Positions 28,087 through 38,644 of a stretch of 64,000 bases of DNA are shown in pieces. The first letter of the stretch is position 1. Each line of letters opens with the position of its first letter. The translations under genes were made by a program, and so were the position numbers. The DNA is from Thermodesulfobacteriota bacterium (GTDB lineage Bacteria; Desulfobacterota_D; UBA1144; Nemesobacterales; UBA2774), in the NCBI GenBank assembly GCA_965216785.1, contig OZ244197.1, positions 2,720,001 through 2,784,000 of the forward strand. The letters run 5' to 3'. A model generated the notes under the pieces. It worked only from the letters and a program-made list of their open reading frames with translations. It searched no databases and had not been told where the DNA came from.

Positions 28087-29352
28087 TTAAGCATTTACTT
28101 TTCTTCTAAGATAGAATGCGCCTGAGAGCATGAGGATTCCTGCAAGTGCAATAAGGCCCCACTCTGAAAGTGTGGGGATGGGCCTTGGACCCATGCGGCC
28201 AAAAAGCGCGTAATCGATGCTATTCGTAAACATAGAAGCGAAAAATACTTCTGCGCCTCCGCCATTACCTCCGGTCATACCGTTACTTACCGCGATCGGG
28301 CCGTTAACAAACTGCATAAACGGGAATTGCGAGATTTGGAAGGTTTGATTTGTATCGAGACTAAACTGGAAGTGTCTGCCGGGAGTTATGACATTTACGA
28401 TTCCTTCAGGACCTTCCGCACAAGCAACACCGAAGAATGTGGTAAATAACGGAGCATCACCCAGAGTCACCACAAACGGAGGGAAGAAGCCCACCAGGTC
28501 TTCAACCAAAAGCTTAATGGTACCGGAATCTCTGTGGTAATAAGGAGCTACAATAAAGCCTTGAACAACCTTCGGAGGAAAACTTTCGGCCAGAGTTCGA
28601 CCCGGACTGTCCATATCAAGTACTTCAAATTGACCCCCTTGGAATAAAACAAGCTCGCCATCCTCGATCAGCCTAGTAGTATTTTGATCGTTCTCAACCG
28701 CCTTGCCCCCGTTGAAGCCTGTCATATAGAAAATTACAGGCTCACCGTTAATTATATTAAATGTCGGGCGTGTACCGCCATCCGACGGACATAGGACACC
28801 TTTAATTGCTTGAATCTGGTTCCAGGTAAGCCCATTGTCTTGGGACTGAAATACCATGTATGCATTCCCGTCCGCATTACACGCTCCTATAAAAACATCG
28901 CCGTTACTGACAGCAGTCTCACAGCTATCGTATTCAGCAGACTCTGCGACCTGCACCCTATTCCAGTCTGTCCCGTTTTGCGACTGCACCGCGATTAACG
29001 CAAAATTGTCGGTAAAGCACGAATGAGCAGTGCCGTTTGCAGAGTGAATGACGTGACCGAGACCAAAAGCCGGTGTATTTACCGGAATAGTAGAAGTTGA
29101 CTCGACTGAGCGGGTGCTGCGGTTAATGTTGTAAACCATGAGATTTGAAAGGTTGTTATCGTCAAGGACTATAAACGTATCAATGCCCGGGAACACAGCG
29201 CCTCCCGAAATCTCTAAAGGATCTACATCGGAGTTAATGATATTATCGAAAATCCACTGGCCGTTAAGCGGCTGGGCAGTGGCGTTATTCTGTAATAATA
29301 CCAAGCTGAATACTAATAGAATTAATGTTGAAGACGTGATTATTCTTATCAC
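28087..29352 (-). CDS. IPTL-CTERM surface protein with Asp-box (BNR) motif
   Basis: Signal peptide; SQDNGLTW; C-terminal IPTLSEWG + TM helix + RRK. Confidence 0.88.
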   Translation of the reverse strand: MIRIITSSTLILLVFSLVLLQNNATAQPLNGQWIFDNIINSDVDPLEISGGAVFPGIDTFIVLDDNNLSNLMVYNINRSTRSVESTSTIPVNTPAFGLGHVIHSANGTAHSCFTDNFALIAVQSQNGTDWNRVQVAESAEYDSCETAVSNGDVFIGACNADGNAYMVFQSQDNGLTWNQIQAIKGVLCPSDGGTRPTFNIINGEPVIFYMTGFNGGKAVENDQNTTRLIEDGELVLFQGGQFEVLDMDSPGRTLAESFPPKVVQGFIVAPYYHRDSGTIKLLVEDLVGFFPPFVVTLGDAPLFTTFFGVACAEGPEGIVNVITPGRHFQFSLDTNQTFQISQFPFMQFVNGPIAVSNGMTGGNGGGAEVFFASMFTNSIDYALFGRMGPRPIPTLSEWGLIALAGILMLSGAFYLRRKVNA

Positions 29353-29538
29353 AGATACATCCTCCTCTAATTAAGATTATTTTATCTTAATATCCTCCCT
29401 TTTGTGTGGCAATTATACTATATATCCGAATAATTTTGCAAGATATTAAGAATATTTGCGCATTATAATTTTAAGCAGTGTTAACGTATACTATTGTCGG
29501 TGAAGAAAATTACTATATAAATTTTTCAGGAGGGCACA

Positions 29539-29922
29539 ATGCGGTTTTTACATACGATGATAAGGGTCGGGGACCTGGATAAATCTATAAAATTCTACAC
29601 AGAAGTATTGGGGCTTAAGTTTCACAGGCAGACGGAGTACCCGGAGGGTGAGTTTACACTCGCTTTTCTGGGTTATGGAGGGGACACGGAACCATTTCTT
29701 GAGCTCACACACAACTGGGGTACAGATTCCTATGATCTCGGCAACGCTTACGGGCATATGGCTTTTGGTGTGGAGGACATATACGGCGCGTGCAGTAAGA
29801 TTGAAGAGCTAGGTGGAAAGGTCGTAAGGCCGCCGGGGCCGATGAAGCACGGTACTACGGTGATTGCGTTTGTGGAGGATCCGGACTCCTACAAAGTTGA
29901 GTTGATAGAAAGAAAAGAGTGA
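29539..29922 (+). CDS. gloA: Lactoylglutathione lyase (glyoxalase I)
   Basis: [27 protein letters not shown]. Confidence 0.95.
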   Translation: MRFLHTMIRVGDLDKSIKFYTEVLGLKFHRQTEYPEGEFTLAFLGYGGDTEPFLELTHNWGTDSYDLGNAYGHMAFGVEDIYGACSKIEELGGKVVRPPGPMKHGTTVIAFVEDPDSYKVELIERKE

Positions 29923-29940
29923 CGTTTAGATTTAAAAACA

Positions 29941-30181
29941 AATCCCTCTCAATCTCCTTTTTCAATGGGAGAAGTAACAAGAGATTCTTCGTATTAGAAT
30001 TTGATGAGACCGCGTACCATAAGCTTAACTTGCATATTCCCCTGTAGTTAAGGGTGGCCGATTGTGCACTCGCTTACAATCGTTGGCCCAGAATGACAGT
30101 GTTTCATCCTTCGAGAACCTCAGGATGAGTAAAGCTTATATTCACCCCCATCCTAACCTTCCCCCATCTAGGGGGAAGGAA
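29941..30181 (+). repeat. REP-like palindromic mosaic 2
   Basis: GAGATTCTTCG..CAGAATGACA, TCATCCTTCGAGAACCTCAGGATGA, and core TCACCCCCATCCTAACCTTCCCCCATCTAGGGGGAAGGA (from 30142). Confidence 0.75.
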
Positions 30182-30194
30182 GTTTAAGGTCGAA

Positions 30195-31526
30195 CTATTC
30201 TTTTTTATCTCGGCGTTTTTTCCATTTTTTTTCGAGGAATTTCTTGATGTTGGACTCTCTTCCGATATCACGCGGCTCGTAGAAGATCTTTTCCTTGAGC
30301 TCATTTGGCAGAAAGTGCTGTTCCTTTGCATCCTCACTCTGATCATGAGAGTACTTGTAGTGCTTACCGTAGCCAAGGTCTTTCATAAGCTGGGTGGGCG
30401 CGTTTCTGAGATGCAGCGGAACCGGGACATCCGGCCTTGTCCGCACCTCGTCGATTGCGCTTCCTATAGCTTTGTAGGAGGCGTTGCTCTTGGGGCAGCC
30501 CGAAAGGAAAGTTGCCGCCTGGGCGAGGATGATGCTGGCCTCGGGCATTCCTACGTAGTCAACGGCCGTGAATGAGGCCGTTGCTAAAGTGAGGGCATAG
30601 GGTTCGGCGTTACCTATATCTTCAGAGGCTAGGACTATCAATCTCCTGGCAATAAATTTTGGGTCTTCACCAGCCTCGAGCATTCTCGCCAGATAATAAA
30701 GAGCCGCGTCGGGCTCACTTCCCCTGACGCTCTTGATGAATGCGGATATGGTGTTGTAGTGTTCCTCCCCTGCCCTGTCGTAGCGGTAATGGCGGGTTTG
30801 ATAGGCCTCTCTTATTGTGTCTCTAGATATGTCATAGGACTCGCGAGTCTCTGAGATATCAAAAGCGACCTCAAGGGCGTTCAGCATGGTGCGGGCGTCG
30901 CCCCCGCACTGTCTGATGAGCTCTTCCTGAGCCTCTTCGCTTAGCACAGCCTGCTTTATCACATCGTCCTGGCCAAGAGCTTTATCTAGAATTGCGAGCA
31001 GGTCTTTTTCAGTGAGTGACTCAAGCACATATACACCGCAGCGTGAGAGCAGCGGCGATATTACCTCAAAAGAAGGGTTTTCGGTAGTCGCTCCAATGAG
31101 TACGAGCGTGCCGTTCTCGACGCTCTTTAGGAGCGCCGCCTGCTGGGATTTATTGAAGCGGTGGATCTCATCTATAAACAAAACCGTACGCTTTCCCATG
31201 CGTAGCTCGTGCTCTGCTTCAGAGATTATTTCCCGGAGCTCTTTTACGCCTGAGGATATGGCGTTTATCTGTACGAACCTGGCGTCGATCTTTGTAGCCA
31301 AGAGTCTTGCGAGCGTGGTCTTGCCAGTTCCGGGAGGACCCCAGAAAATCATGGAGCGGATATGTCCGCCCTCGAGCATCCTGCGGATTATGCCCTCGGG
31401 GCCGAGTAGATGCTCCTGACCCTGAATCTCATCAAAGCTCCTGGGTCTCAGCCTTTCGGCCAGAGGTACCGCGTCCTCGGGCGGCTTGAATAATGACGGC
31501 TCTTGAGCCGGGTCTCTTGAAGACAT
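30195..31526 (-). CDS. rarA: Replication-associated recombination protein A (RarA/MgsA)
   Basis: PLAERLRP, GPPGTGKT, DEIHRFNK, ATTENPSF, ASEDIG, VPLHLRNAPT. Confidence 0.96.
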   Translation of the reverse strand: MSSRDPAQEPSLFKPPEDAVPLAERLRPRSFDEIQGQEHLLGPEGIIRRMLEGGHIRSMIFWGPPGTGKTTLARLLATKIDARFVQINAISSGVKELREIISEAEHELRMGKRTVLFIDEIHRFNKSQQAALLKSVENGTLVLIGATTENPSFEVISPLLSRCGVYVLESLTEKDLLAILDKALGQDDVIKQAVLSEEAQEELIRQCGGDARTMLNALEVAFDISETRESYDISRDTIREAYQTRHYRYDRAGEEHYNTISAFIKSVRGSEPDAALYYLARMLEAGEDPKFIARRLIVLASEDIGNAEPYALTLATASFTAVDYVGMPEASIILAQAATFLSGCPKSNASYKAIGSAIDEVRTRPDVPVPLHLRNAPTQLMKDLGYGKHYKYSHDQSEDAKEQHFLPNELKEKIFYEPRDIGRESNIKKFLEKKWKKRRDKKE

Positions 31527-31666
31527 AAAAAAAGAGTAGTGGGATATACAAAATAAATCAATACTTATCTCCAGTCGTTCATACTTGCAATAAAACCATA
31601 GCAGCACTAAGATTTAACAATAAAGACGGGGGAATGCTAAATTTCTATTCCTAACAAATAAGTAAA

Positions 31667-33172
31667 ATGAAAAAAAATCTGGATAAATTGAAAGAGCTCA
31701 GGCTGCTCATACGCTCGCACTACAGCGTGATATATGTGGACACACCAGAGGTAGAACGCACGCGCGGGCTCATCAGACTCCTGGCGGACAATCTGAGAAT
31801 ACCGTTTTTTTGCTGGTCCCGGACTAAGGGGCTTATACGTGAAGATATAAATTCCAAGGGACCTGTGTATGGCTCTCAGGAGTTAAAATCCGCGCTCGCT
31901 CATATTGAGGCCTCGAAGTTTCAAGCTCTGTATCATTTCGGAAATATCGAAGACTATTTAGAGGATAAGCTCATCGTGAGCATGATCAAGGATGCTGCGG
32001 CTCAGTTTTCTAAAAATTACGGCGCGATAATTATTACAGGACAAAACGTAGCGATTCCGGAAACATTAAGAACTATTACAGCCGTATTCAAAATGCCTGA
32101 GCCCGATGCCGAGGAGTACAGAGAGCTACTCGGGCATGTGGTAAGGGACCTCTACTCAAGGGTCAGTGTTGACGTCACGCTGACTGAAGAGGATACGAAC
32201 AGGCTTCTTAATAATATTAAAGGACTTACGCTTACAGAGGCCGAGAAGGTAATAACAAAGATCGTTATAGAGGATGGAAAGCTATCTTCAGAGGACATAA
32301 GAGGGGTGATAGAGGCGAAAAAGGATATTGTGGAGCGGGACGGCGTGCTCGAATACTACCCGGTGGAAGAGAGTATGGCGGATATAGCCGATCTTAAGGG
32401 ACTTAAGTCCTGGTTAGCCAAAAGAAAGGAAATCATAGTGAATCCTGAAAAGGCAGAGGAGTTCGGCCTCAGCTTTCCGAAAGGGGTGCTCCTTCTCGGA
32501 GTACCGGGGTGCGGAAAGAGCCTCTGCGCAAAAGCTGTCGCCACAGAGTGGGGACTGCCGCTACTTAAGCTCGACCCTTCGAATATCTATAATAAGTACA
32601 TCGGAGAGACGGAAAAGAACTTTAAGCGGGCTATGGATACAGCAGAGAAAATGTCACCCGTGATACTTTGGGTAGATGAGATAGAAAAAGCGTTTTCATC
32701 CGCCGGCGGAGACACAGAAGACGGCGGAGTATCGAGGAGGATATTCGGCACATTCCTCTCATGGCTCCAGGACAGAAAGGGCGACGTGTTTATCGTGGCA
32801 ACAGCAAATGACGTGACAAAGCTGCCCCCTGAGTTTTTAAGAAAGGGACGATTTGATGAAATTTTCTTTGTAGATTTACCTGACCAAGAGACTAGGACAG
32901 CAATATTCGGTATTCACCTGGAAAAACGGGGTAAAAACCCGTGCAACTTCGATATTGAGAACCTTGCGCGCGCAACAGAGGGGTTTAGCGGGTCCGAAAT
33001 AGAGCAGGTGATTGTGGCGGGGCTGTATACGGCTTTTTCGGCGGATAAAAAACTGGATACAGAAATACTTTTAGAGGAAATAGAAAGCACCAGCCCGATA
33101 TCACGAACAATGGCCGAGAAAATCGCGGCCTTAAGAGTATGGGCGCAGCAAAGAACCGTCTGTGCCAATTAA
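31667..33172 (+). CDS. Ycf46-like AAA+ ATPase
   Basis: PKGVLLLGVPGCGKS, WVDEIEKAF, LPPEFLRKGRFDEIFFVDLP, LRVWA. Confidence 0.9.
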   Translation: MKKNLDKLKELRLLIRSHYSVIYVDTPEVERTRGLIRLLADNLRIPFFCWSRTKGLIREDINSKGPVYGSQELKSALAHIEASKFQALYHFGNIEDYLEDKLIVSMIKDAAAQFSKNYGAIIITGQNVAIPETLRTITAVFKMPEPDAEEYRELLGHVVRDLYSRVSVDVTLTEEDTNRLLNNIKGLTLTEAEKVITKIVIEDGKLSSEDIRGVIEAKKDIVERDGVLEYYPVEESMADIADLKGLKSWLAKRKEIIVNPEKAEEFGLSFPKGVLLLGVPGCGKSLCAKAVATEWGLPLLKLDPSNIYNKYIGETEKNFKRAMDTAEKMSPVILWVDEIEKAFSSAGGDTEDGGVSRRIFGTFLSWLQDRKGDVFIVATANDVTKLPPEFLRKGRFDEIFFVDLPDQETRTAIFGIHLEKRGKNPCNFDIENLARATEGFSGSEIEQVIVAGLYTAFSADKKLDTEILLEEIESTSPISRTMAEKIAALRVWAQQRTVCAN

Positions 33173-33184
33173 CTCCCGAGCTAC

Positions 33185-33739
33185 TTAACCAGCCTGTGCG
33201 GGCTCTTTAACGGCAAATGAAAACATTATCATAGAAAAGCCGTTAATGAGGAAATAAATTCCCACCAAAAGCCCGAGTATATATACGCTTGAGGACGGGA
33301 ACTCGGCATAGATAAGTACACCTAAAATAAGTGAAGCGAGACCGCTTATAAGGAGCCAGCCCCAATTGGGTGCGGGCTTCATCTGAAAGGCGTTTATGAT
33401 CTTAAAAACGCCCTCGACGAATAAGAACGCAGCCAGAAGCAAGGTGAGAGTAATGACGCCGGAGACGGGGTGTTTAAGGAGTAGGTAACCGACAACGAGA
33501 TATAAGATTCCGCTTATTAGTATTAATAGGAACCTCTTCCAGTCGCCCGAGAAGAAGGAGCCGATAACGGAAATCACTCCGCCGGCAAGTAAAATGACCC
33601 CTATTACAAGGTTGACCGCATAGGTGGAAACCACAGGGTGGCCTATGGCTATGAAACCGGCTATTACATAGACAATGCCCATAATAAATAGCCACCACCA
33701 ATTTTGTCTTAGACCTTCTGCTACACTGGTTCCGCTCAT
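33185..33739 (-). CDS. HdeD/DUF308 family membrane protein
   Basis: Six TM helices; NWWWL, WGWLLISG, LGLLVGI. Confidence 0.88.
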   Translation of the reverse strand: MSGTSVAEGLRQNWWWLFIMGIVYVIAGFIAIGHPVVSTYAVNLVIGVILLAGGVISVIGSFFSGDWKRFLLILISGILYLVVGYLLLKHPVSGVITLTLLLAAFLFVEGVFKIINAFQMKPAPNWGWLLISGLASLILGVLIYAEFPSSSVYILGLLVGIYFLINGFSMIMFSFAVKEPAQAG

Positions 33740-33815
33740 TTTTCCATCTCCTCCTTAGTTTTTGATCATCCGAGATCAATAGTATCTCAGAATGATTATT
33801 TTACAAGGTACAGAC

Positions 33816-34415
33816 CTAGATGAATTGATAAGGGTGAGGCCCTGATTTGTGAGAGATGTAGGATATTACAAGGGAGGAGAGGACTGCCGAGAGGGCGTAG
33901 CAGTAGATGCCGGTTTCCGCTGAAAATTTGAAATTAAACCCCTTTGCTTTGAACATCACAATGATCACAGCGACTATGAAGACATCTGCCATAGACCATT
34001 TTGAAACGAGGCCGATTGCTTTAAACAGGCCGTTATTGGCCCCGGTGCGCTGCTTAAAGCTCCGAGAGATATAGATAGCGGATAGAACGATCTTTAGCAC
34101 CGGAAACACTACAGAGAAAAGAAAGATTATGATCCCGAGGAAAATCGAGCCGTCCTGAAAAAGCGACTTTATTATACCTAGGAGATACTGATCGCCTGTG
34201 GGTATCTTGCCTTTCTTAACAATCCAGTCCCTGAGCTCTCCGTGAAGACCAAACCAATTGGGTATCCAGTCCGGCAACTCAAGACGGAAGGTGGAGTGTA
34301 TAAAGGGAAAATAGAATGCCCCGATAAGCAGAAGCGCCGAGAGTACCAGAGCCAGTATTGAGATAGCGTTTACGTACTTAAATCCCCTTAGTGTATTCCA
34401 GTATTTAGTTAGCAT
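33816..34415 (-). CDS. Paraquat-inducible protein A family membrane protein
   Basis: FLFSVVFPVLK, KWSMADVF. Confidence 0.85.
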   Translation of the reverse strand: MLTKYWNTLRGFKYVNAISILALVLSALLLIGAFYFPFIHSTFRLELPDWIPNWFGLHGELRDWIVKKGKIPTGDQYLLGIIKSLFQDGSIFLGIIIFLFSVVFPVLKIVLSAIYISRSFKQRTGANNGLFKAIGLVSKWSMADVFIVAVIIVMFKAKGFNFKFSAETGIYCYALSAVLSSLVISYISHKSGPHPYQFI

Positions 34416-34444
34416 GAGAGTTGTATCCGGTTTTGGGCAGCGAG

Positions 34445-35908
34445 TTACCCCTCTACACCGAAAATGGAGCGCACCTCCGGGATATCTTCAATTTCCGCGA
34501 GGACCAAAAGTTTATCTCCTTCCTTTAGTACCGTGCCCCCTCTGGGAACAAGAGAGGTCTCGCCCCTTTCAATAAGCATTATGAGCGCGCTCTTTGGGAG
34601 TGATAGCTCGACAATCTGTTTCCCGAGAGCGCTTGAAGCCGGGGGAAGAGTAAATTCTATCTTATCGCTGTGATCGTCGTAAGGGAACTCAAACTCCACC
34701 TGTTTCATGTGATCTTCAACATCAGGCGCATCGAGACCGAGCCATTGGGCAACAAGCGGAATTGTGGTGCCTTGAAGAAGCACTGACGTAATGACAATAA
34801 AGAAAACAAGATTGAAAATTAGATCGGCATTAGGGACACCCGCGAGTAAGGGGAAAGTGGCGAGGATAATAGGCACTGCCCCCCTGAGGCCAACCCAGGA
34901 TATAAATATCTTCTCGTTTAATTTTGTCTTGCCAAAGGGAAGAGACAGAAATACCCCGAGGGGGCGAGCTATGAAGATTAAAAATATGGAAGTCACGATA
35001 CCGCCGAATATTACAGGAACGAGCTTTGATGGAAACACGAGAAGTCCGAGTATCAGGAACATGGTGATCTGTAGAAGCCACGCAAGGCCGTCATGAAATC
35101 GGGTGAGGCTCTTTTTATTTACAAACTCGCTCCCGCCCATGATAAGACCCGCGATGTAAACGGCAAGGAATCCGCTGCCGCCTATGGCGGCTGTCGCGCC
35201 GTACGTAAAAAGGACAAGTGAAAGCGTGAGCACGGGGTAAAGCCCCTCATAGTCGAGTCTCAGCCGGTTGACTATGAAAATGATGGCTCTGCCCATCCCG
35301 TAACCGATAAGAAGCCCTAAGGCCATTTGCAGGATAAGGAGGTAGAGCATACTCCAGTATGAGGCCGCGGGGTTAGTGATGAGGTGTACGAAACCCAGGG
35401 TAAGGATTACGGCCATCGGGTCATTACTGGCGGACTCGAATTCGAGAAGATCTTTTAAATTTCCTTTGAGCTTGGTGCCGCTTGAGCTCATTACAGAGAA
35501 AACCGCCGCGGCGTCTGTGGAGGAAACGATTGCTCCAAGCAAAAGCCCGGTGAGTAGGGAAAAGCCTAATATTATATGAGCGAACAGGCCGACGAGGATT
35601 GCTGTCAGGAATACGCCTATGGTCGAAAGCGACACACCGGGTTTGAGCACGGGAGCGACTCTATTCCAGCTTGAATGCAGTCCACCGGAAAAAATTATGA
35701 AGGCAAGAGCGAGCACACCGAGAAGCTGAGCCGACCAGGGGTCTTCGAATTCGATACCGCCCGGGCCTTCTGAGCCCGCAAACATACCCACCAAAAGAAA
35801 TATGAGAAGAGCCGGCACTCTTAACCGAGAGGCGGCTTTACCCGCAAATATACTTACCAAAAGCAGTACCGAAGCGCCGAAAATAATATATTCGATCGAA
35901 TAGATCAA
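34445..35908 (-). CDS. cvrA: K+/H+ antiporter (CvrA/NhaP2) with TrkA-C domain
   Basis: GSEGPGGI, SSTDAAAVF, ESASNDP, GLRGAVPIILA; C-terminal RCK_C. Confidence 0.92.
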   Translation of the reverse strand: MIYSIEYIIFGASVLLLVSIFAGKAASRLRVPALLIFLLVGMFAGSEGPGGIEFEDPWSAQLLGVLALAFIIFSGGLHSSWNRVAPVLKPGVSLSTIGVFLTAILVGLFAHIILGFSLLTGLLLGAIVSSTDAAAVFSVMSSSGTKLKGNLKDLLEFESASNDPMAVILTLGFVHLITNPAASYWSMLYLLILQMALGLLIGYGMGRAIIFIVNRLRLDYEGLYPVLTLSLVLFTYGATAAIGGSGFLAVYIAGLIMGGSEFVNKKSLTRFHDGLAWLLQITMFLILGLLVFPSKLVPVIFGGIVTSIFLIFIARPLGVFLSLPFGKTKLNEKIFISWVGLRGAVPIILATFPLLAGVPNADLIFNLVFFIVITSVLLQGTTIPLVAQWLGLDAPDVEDHMKQVEFEFPYDDHSDKIEFTLPPASSALGKQIVELSLPKSALIMLIERGETSLVPRGGTVLKEGDKLLVLAEIEDIPEVRSIFGVEG

Positions 35909-36075
35909 CTAATTGCTTTCTCCAGACACAATATTCTCATGATAAGACTTCAGGCTACAAGATAAATGTTATTCTAGAGTAATTCTACTAAAATTGAGTA
36001 TTATTGATTCTCAAGGTCCTTATTGATATATTATGTGCTAGTAAATTTTTATTCATAATGAGAACCATGTAAACG

Positions 36076-37251
36076 ATGAAAATATTCTTAATAACTTTAT
36101 TTGTCCTTGTAGGGATTTGGGCGCTAACATCTTGTAGTACTGAGGAAGAAAGTACTATACCAAAAGCAGGTATTCAAGAAGTATCTGTAGACCCTGAGAG
36201 TAATGAGAGGGAAGTAACTTTCCTATCGGATGTTTATGAGATAAAAGATATTTACCGCTCTATGACGGGCCCTTCCACAATGACCGAGATAAAGCTATTG
36301 GAGGGTGAAGAGCCCGAGCTGATATGGATTACCGGCTTTAGCGCTCAGATGGTTGAGCCCGACGGTAAAACATTAATGTCTCAGGAATTTATGTGCCACA
36401 CAAATCTGGATATTGACGCTAAGACCCATAGATATCTGTTCCAATCGAAAAGAAATCCTCCGATAGACAGAATATTCACACTATCTCAAGGGCAGTACGA
36501 AGTCGAGTTCCCAAAAGGCTTCGCAATACCGATACTTTCGCCCGAAGCGCTTAAGCTTACAACACAGGTTCTTAATTTGAACGATGAGAATCCAGACATT
36601 AAGACCCGTCACAGAATAAAGATAAAGTACGTTCGTGATTCCGATCTGCAAAAACCGATGATACCGCTCATGAGAATTTCCTCAAACAGCTTAAAACGAC
36701 TGGATGAATCTGAGAACGGATATTTTAATCTGGTATCTGCAAATGAAGAGCTGCACGGAGAGGGATGCTTACTGGGAGAAAGCGCAGGTAAGAATATCAT
36801 TACAGACAGCCTTGAGAGAAGGTACACCGCGCACTGGATTGTAAAGCCGGGACGCGAAGTTAACACTACGCTTATTACGGAAATGCTGAAAGTACCATAC
36901 GACACAAAAATCCATTACATCGCGGTTCATCTGCATCCTTTCGCAGAATCACTCGAGCTAAAAGACTTAACCACAGGGGAGACGGTATTTAAAAGCAACG
37001 CTAAGAACTCAGAGGACAAGATCGGGCTTGACAATGTGGAATATTATTCAAGCTCAGAAGGTTTGCCGATATATAAAGGATACGAATACCAGCTAATAAG
37101 CAGCTACAATAACACTACAGACGAAGATCATGATTCCATGGCGGTAATTTATATGTACGCGCAGGACCGCGAATTCCGCAGGCCTAACCCTTCGGTAGCG
37201 AATATTCTTCAAGTGAGGCCGTCTTCAAATAAGTCTGAAGGCGGGATGTAG
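36076..37251 (+). CDS. Lipoprotein with copper type II monooxygenase (PHM/DBH)-like domains
   Basis: LTSC lipobox; AVHLHP and YNN..DSMAVIYMY resemble the CuM site. Confidence 0.65.
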   Translation: MKIFLITLFVLVGIWALTSCSTEEESTIPKAGIQEVSVDPESNEREVTFLSDVYEIKDIYRSMTGPSTMTEIKLLEGEEPELIWITGFSAQMVEPDGKTLMSQEFMCHTNLDIDAKTHRYLFQSKRNPPIDRIFTLSQGQYEVEFPKGFAIPILSPEALKLTTQVLNLNDENPDIKTRHRIKIKYVRDSDLQKPMIPLMRISSNSLKRLDESENGYFNLVSANEELHGEGCLLGESAGKNIITDSLERRYTAHWIVKPGREVNTTLITEMLKVPYDTKIHYIAVHLHPFAESLELKDLTTGETVFKSNAKNSEDKIGLDNVEYYSSSEGLPIYKGYEYQLISSYNNTTDEDHDSMAVIYMYAQDREFRRPNPSVANILQVRPSSNKSEGGM

Positions 37252-37316
37252 CACAACCGTCAGTCCCTTCCAAGAGAGTATTATTAAACCGTAATTATTT
37301 ATAAGAACAGCCCTAA

Positions 37317-38612
37317 TTAGATTTCAGGGAACTCGACTATTCTTAGATCGAGGGGTAAATCTTCACTGTGCTGTCCGGGGATATTTACCGGCAGGACGTT
37401 AATGGGGGTTCCTTCGATAAGACCAGTCTCTTCGTCAATAAACGGAGTATTATCCTCAAGACCATCATCAAAGAACGATTCCTCTGTGGTACGGCCAGTG
37501 AGCACGTATTCGCTGAACGTATAGGGGAGTCCGTTCGATCCGAGACTCGAGGCCGTCTCCATCACGTGTATGTGCAAGTGAGGGGCGCCTGTATTGCCTG
37601 TATTTCCAAGGAGCGCTATTACGTCGCCCCTGCTTACGAAATCGCCTTCTTTTACTGTAACACTCCCCGGTTTTAAATGCGCGTAGAATACGAACTGACC
37701 GTTTGGAAGAGCCAGAATAACGTGGTTCCCGTCAATCTCCTCAAGTGTGATAGTGCCTTGCTCCGCGGGAAGGATAAACGGAACCTGATCCTCGAACCTG
37801 TCCACAACCCTAACCACTTGGGCGTCCGCAACGGCAAGAATGTTTTGGTTGTAGCCAAACCAGTTGTCCAGAACCTGAGGGTCCCCTTCGTAGAGTCGGT
37901 TGTCCTCATTTACTTTAAGCCAGTCGATCGCGAACCTTTGTGAGATAAATATCTCACCGTTAAGCGGAAGGGACGATCTGACGTGCGTTATGGAATCGCA
38001 GCAGCCGTTTGCCGCCACCCATCCCGAGCCTTCGAGCGGAGGGCCGAGAACTACGGCCATATCGCCGCTTATTTTAGATGGAGCGCCGAGCTCAGTAATG
38101 CTCTCCTGTCCCTCGGGAAGCTCCAGAAATTCAATAATGCTGTCAGGCAGCCCTCCCGGAACGGTTATCGTCAGTCTGTGAATAATTGAGTCGGGTATAT
38201 CCTCTTTATTCTCAAAAGCGTAAGTCAGATGAACGAGTGCCCCCTCAGCAGGCTGGAGAGTATCTGTAGGCTGCCGGGTACCAAAGAGGTTCATCTTGTC
38301 CTGAACCTCTTCCCCTGAAACCGTATGCAGAACGGAGCCGTCCGGACCTCCCCCCAGAGCTTCAACTTTTAAAATCTGCCAGGGCAAAAAATTAAAATTG
38401 TTTAAAGAAAGCTCGTAGACTATATGATAAAGACCGTCAGAACCCTTCACAGGAACGGGAGCGTCAAGAACCAAAAGCACGACGGGGGTAAACAAGTTTT
38501 CTCCCCTATCTATAAATTTATCACCGCCGTTACTCTCGTTACAGCCGCCGTAAGACATAAAAGCAGCCGGTATTAATAGTGCCAGCAGTGTTAATTTCTT
38601 GATGTAAGCCAT
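37317..38612 (-). CDS. M23 family peptidase lipoprotein
   Basis: YGGC lipobox; RFAIDW, YAHL, GNTGNTGAPHLH. Confidence 0.88.
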   Translation of the reverse strand: MAYIKKLTLLALLIPAAFMSYGGCNESNGGDKFIDRGENLFTPVVLLVLDAPVPVKGSDGLYHIVYELSLNNFNFLPWQILKVEALGGGPDGSVLHTVSGEEVQDKMNLFGTRQPTDTLQPAEGALVHLTYAFENKEDIPDSIIHRLTITVPGGLPDSIIEFLELPEGQESITELGAPSKISGDMAVVLGPPLEGSGWVAANGCCDSITHVRSSLPLNGEIFISQRFAIDWLKVNEDNRLYEGDPQVLDNWFGYNQNILAVADAQVVRVVDRFEDQVPFILPAEQGTITLEEIDGNHVILALPNGQFVFYAHLKPGSVTVKEGDFVSRGDVIALLGNTGNTGAPHLHIHVMETASSLGSNGLPYTFSEYVLTGRTTEESFFDDGLEDNTPFIDEETGLIEGTPINVLPVNIPGQHSEDLPLDLRIVEFPEI

Positions 38613-38644
38613 AATATAAATCCCTCCGTTTTATTCTGCGAATT

